NCBI GenBank assembly: GCA_030158185.1
Contig: JAOATP010000136.1
Coordinates: 1-52,053, forward strand
Direction: 5' to 3'
From: Propionicimonas sp.
GTDB lineage: Bacteria; Actinomycetota; Actinomycetes; Propionibacteriales; Propionibacteriaceae
Length of the DNA: 52,053 nucleotides
The notes under the pieces are model-generated. The model searched no databases. It was not told the origin of the DNA and was given only the letters and a program-made list of their open reading frames with translations. Within the stretch, counting starts at the first letter, position 1. The number at the start of each line of letters is the position of its first letter. This document shows, in pieces, positions 49,873-52,053 of the stretch. The position numbers were made by a program, and so were the translations under genes.

Positions 49873-50772
49873 TCAGGAACCGTGACTGTCCTTCGCACGG
49901 ATCACGCCGATCGGGCAGCGCCCATGGCTGAGCAGGCCGCGGATCGTGCCACCGACCGAATAGGTCGGGAAGGAGGCGTGTACCTCGAGTACCAACATGT
50001 CGAGGTCCTCGGTGCGCGCAGTGAGCAGGTCGAGTGGGCTGCCGTAGGGCACCTCGAGGCTGACGTCCACACCGGTGAAGTCCTCGGTGATCTCCGAGAT
50101 CATCTCCGTCATCCGGGCGCGGGTCACCTCGACCGCTGCGTCCCGCTGTTCCTGGGTGGGCTGGCCGCCGCTGAACCACCGTCCCTGCGGTGCGCGGCAG
50201 ACGCTGATCACGACGACCTTGCCACCGTGGTCCTGGCATTCGCTCAAGGCCCACTCCAGTGCGACGGCGCCACGGGCAGACGTGTCGACCGCCACCCCGA
50301 TCAGCCCGGTGCGCTGCTCGCGGACGATGTCGTTGTCCGAGACGACGATCACGGGGCAGTGGGCCGTGCCCACCACACCGACGGAGGTCGAGCCGACGTA
50401 CTGGCGCTCGCCGCCGGCGTTCGAGCGGCGTCCCACGACGATGAGCGATGCCTGGGCGCTGAGCCGGGTGAGCGCCGCCGCCGGGTTGCCGAGCACGATC
50501 TCGGTGCGGACGCGGTTGCGGGCCATGCCGGCCTCGACGGCCTCGTCGACGCCGGCTGCCAGCATCGAGGCGGCACCCTGCTTGATCTCCTCGGGGTCGA
50601 ACACGACGCCCCAGGCACTGTTGAGCACTGTGTCGTCGACCGCGTGGACGAGGACGAGTTCGGCCTCGCGCTCCATCGCCTCGGCGATCCCGTGCTGGAG
50701 CGCGCGATGCGCGTCCTCGGAACCGTCGAAGCCGACCACGACCCGTGCCGGACCCTCATAGTGCTTGAGCAT
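49873..50772 (-). CDS. Universal stress protein (tandem Usp domains)
   Basis: VVVGFDGS...IVVGRR...VGSTS...AHCPVIVV; second domain GVAVD...CPIGVI. Confidence 0.9.
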   Translation of the reverse strand: MLKHYEGPARVVVGFDGSEDAHRALQHGIAEAMEREAELVLVHAVDDTVLNSAWGVVFDPEEIKQGAASMLAAGVDEAVEAGMARNRVRTEIVLGNPAAALTRLSAQASLIVVGRRSNAGGERQYVGSTSVGVVGTAHCPVIVVSDNDIVREQRTGLIGVAVDTSARGAVALEWALSECQDHGGKVVVISVCRAPQGRWFSGGQPTQEQRDAAVEVTRARMTEMISEITEDFTGVDVSLEVPYGSPLDLLTARTEDLDMLVLEVHASFPTYSVGGTIRGLLSHGRCPIGVIRAKDSHGS

Positions 50773-50775
50773 CGT

Positions 50776-51180
50776 TCAACTCCTCGGGAGGGCGGCGGAG
50801 ACGGCGCGCCCAGAGCATGCGGATGGGGTGATGACGACGGTCAGCGTGCGCTCACCGGGCGCCCAGGCGTCGGGGATGCGCAGGTCGCTGGTGGAATCGT
50901 CGTGGGCCCGCGCCTCACCCTGGACGAGGACGCTCCAGCCGGTGGCGGTGCTCACGTCGATGTCATCCACCTCGAAGGCGACATCGATCGGACCGGCCAA
51001 CTCCCCCATCACCGAGTCGGGGTTGGTGCGGAAGTAGAGCAACCCGCCGCTGGACACGTAACTGACCGGCAGGACCTGGAGGCCCTTGCTGGAGGCCCAA
51101 CTGACCCTGCCGACGCTGTGACCACGGAGCAGATGACCGCATTCGTCACCTGAGAGGCGGGTGAAGTGGCCGGTGTCCAT
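50776..51180 (-). CDS. Pyridoxamine 5'-phosphate oxidase-like FMN-binding protein
   Basis: EC..LL....VGRV, LPVSY, VAFEVD and GWSVLVQG. Confidence 0.85.
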   Translation of the reverse strand: MDTGHFTRLSGDECGHLLRGHSVGRVSWASSKGLQVLPVSYVSSGGLLYFRTNPDSVMGELAGPIDVAFEVDDIDVSTATGWSVLVQGEARAHDDSTSDLRIPDAWAPGERTLTVVITPSACSGRAVSAALPRS

Positions 51181-51257
51181 CGCGCGAATGCTAGTCCTTC
51201 CACCGGGCCGGGACGGCGAGAACCGCCGAAGTCAGCGGCTCTTCTTAACCCGCGGGC

Positions 51258-52053
51258 TCAGCGCAGCCAGGTGGAGGCAGCGACGATCACGGGGATCGAA
51301 GCGATCGTGGAGATGAAGATCGCGTCGCGGGCCAGCAGGGTGCGAACGTGGTAGCGGCCGGCGATCAGGTAGATGTTCTGCGCCGTCGGGAGCGCAGCGA
51401 TGACGGTGACGGCAAGGACCTGCGGCAGCGGGAGCCCGAAGACCCAGGTGGCAAGGCCGTACGCCACCAGGGGATGCAGGAGGACCTTGATCGGGGTCAC
51501 CAGCGCGAGCTCCCTTGCGTGCGGGCCGACTCCGGGCAGCGGGTCGAGCCGCAGCGAGATGCCGAAGGCCAGCAGCATGGCAGGGACGGCGACCTGGCCG
51601 ACCATCTCGATCGGCGGCCACAGCACCTCGGGCACGGGCACGTGGAGTGCGTTGACCAGCAGCCCTGCGATCGAGCCCAGCGTGAGGGGATTGCGCAGCG
51701 GGAGGGTCAGGTAGCGCAGGGGGCTGAGTCGCGTCCCCTGCCCTCGCGCGGCGGCGAGGTCGAGCAGCGCGAGCGCCGTCGGCTGGAGTACGCCCACCTG
51801 GATCAGCAGGATCGGCGCCATCCAGGTCATGTCGCCGAGCACGTAGGCCGCGACCGGCAGCCCGAGGTTCCCGGCGTTGGTGTAGATCGAGCACAACGTG
51901 CCGACCACCCGGCCGGCGAGGTCACCGGGACCGAAGAAGATGCGGGCGGCAACGAGGTAGACCAGCCCGCCGATGACGATGGCGAGCGCGGACACCACGA
52001 TGGTCGTGCTGAAGACGTGACCGAGGTCGGCGCGGGACAGCAGGGAGAACAGC
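51258..52053 (-). CDS. AEC (auxin efflux carrier) family transporter, 3' part (start outside window)
   Basis: NAGNLGLP, NP, AVPAMLLAFG and ALPTAQN motifs; frame continues toward the window end. Confidence 0.85.
   Translation of the reverse strand, partial: LFSLLSRADLGHVFSTTIVVSALAIVIGGLVYLVAARIFFGPGDLAGRVVGTLCSIYTNAGNLGLPVAAYVLGDMTWMAPILLIQVGVLQPTALALLDLAAARGQGTRLSPLRYLTLPLRNPLTLGSIAGLLVNALHVPVPEVLWPPIEMVGQVAVPAMLLAFGISLRLDPLPGVGPHARELALVTPIKVLLHPLVAYGLATWVFGLPLPQVLAVTVIAALPTAQNIYLIAGRYHVRTLLARDAIFISTIASIPVIVAASTWLR

Noticed and set aside
46039-51153. 1704-aa + strand ORF
   Set aside because: Antisense shadow of hrpA, usp and the PNPOx-like gene; stop-free opposite frames are expected in high-GC DNA, and it has no recognisable motifs.
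51194-51235. DosR-like box upstream of the PNPOx-like/usp genes
   Set aside because: Only a GGGAC half-site is visible; too weak to support.

Overview
High-GC actinobacterial chromosomal segment; gene content and order suggest Propionibacteriaceae (inference). Most of it is conserved housekeeping backbone: acnA 5' end, an RlmD-type methyltransferase, a KimA-like APC permease with two TrkA/RCK genes, dut, sepH, tdk, parC/parE, gluABCD, two sigma-70 genes, ptrB, tesB, PAC2 and hrpA. Two accessory biosynthetic operons stand out. (1) A three-gene azole RiPP cluster at 22387-25849 encodes a 110-aa precursor with 10 Cys in a CxxxC repeat, a fused RRE/E1-YcaO cyclodehydratase and a SagB dehydrogenase. 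The cyclodehydratase gene has an out-of-place CGA-AAA-AAA slippery run exactly at the E1/YcaO junction, with a -1-frame stop 12 codons later, so one gene may yield both a stand-alone leader-binding protein and the full fusion. (2) A Clostridia-type fatty-acid-amide-like operon at 38116-45984 encodes an acyl-AMP ligase, ACP, PPTase, ABC exporter and stand-alone condensation domain; the start codon of its first gene is out of frame by +1. Also seen: a TamR/UrtR-like operator at acnA, a REP-like palindrome pair, an unannotated 57-aa ORF divergent from a LysR gene, and many apparently leaderless promoters. No rRNA, tRNA, CRISPR array or transposase was recognised. All calls come from reading the sequence; no database searches were run.
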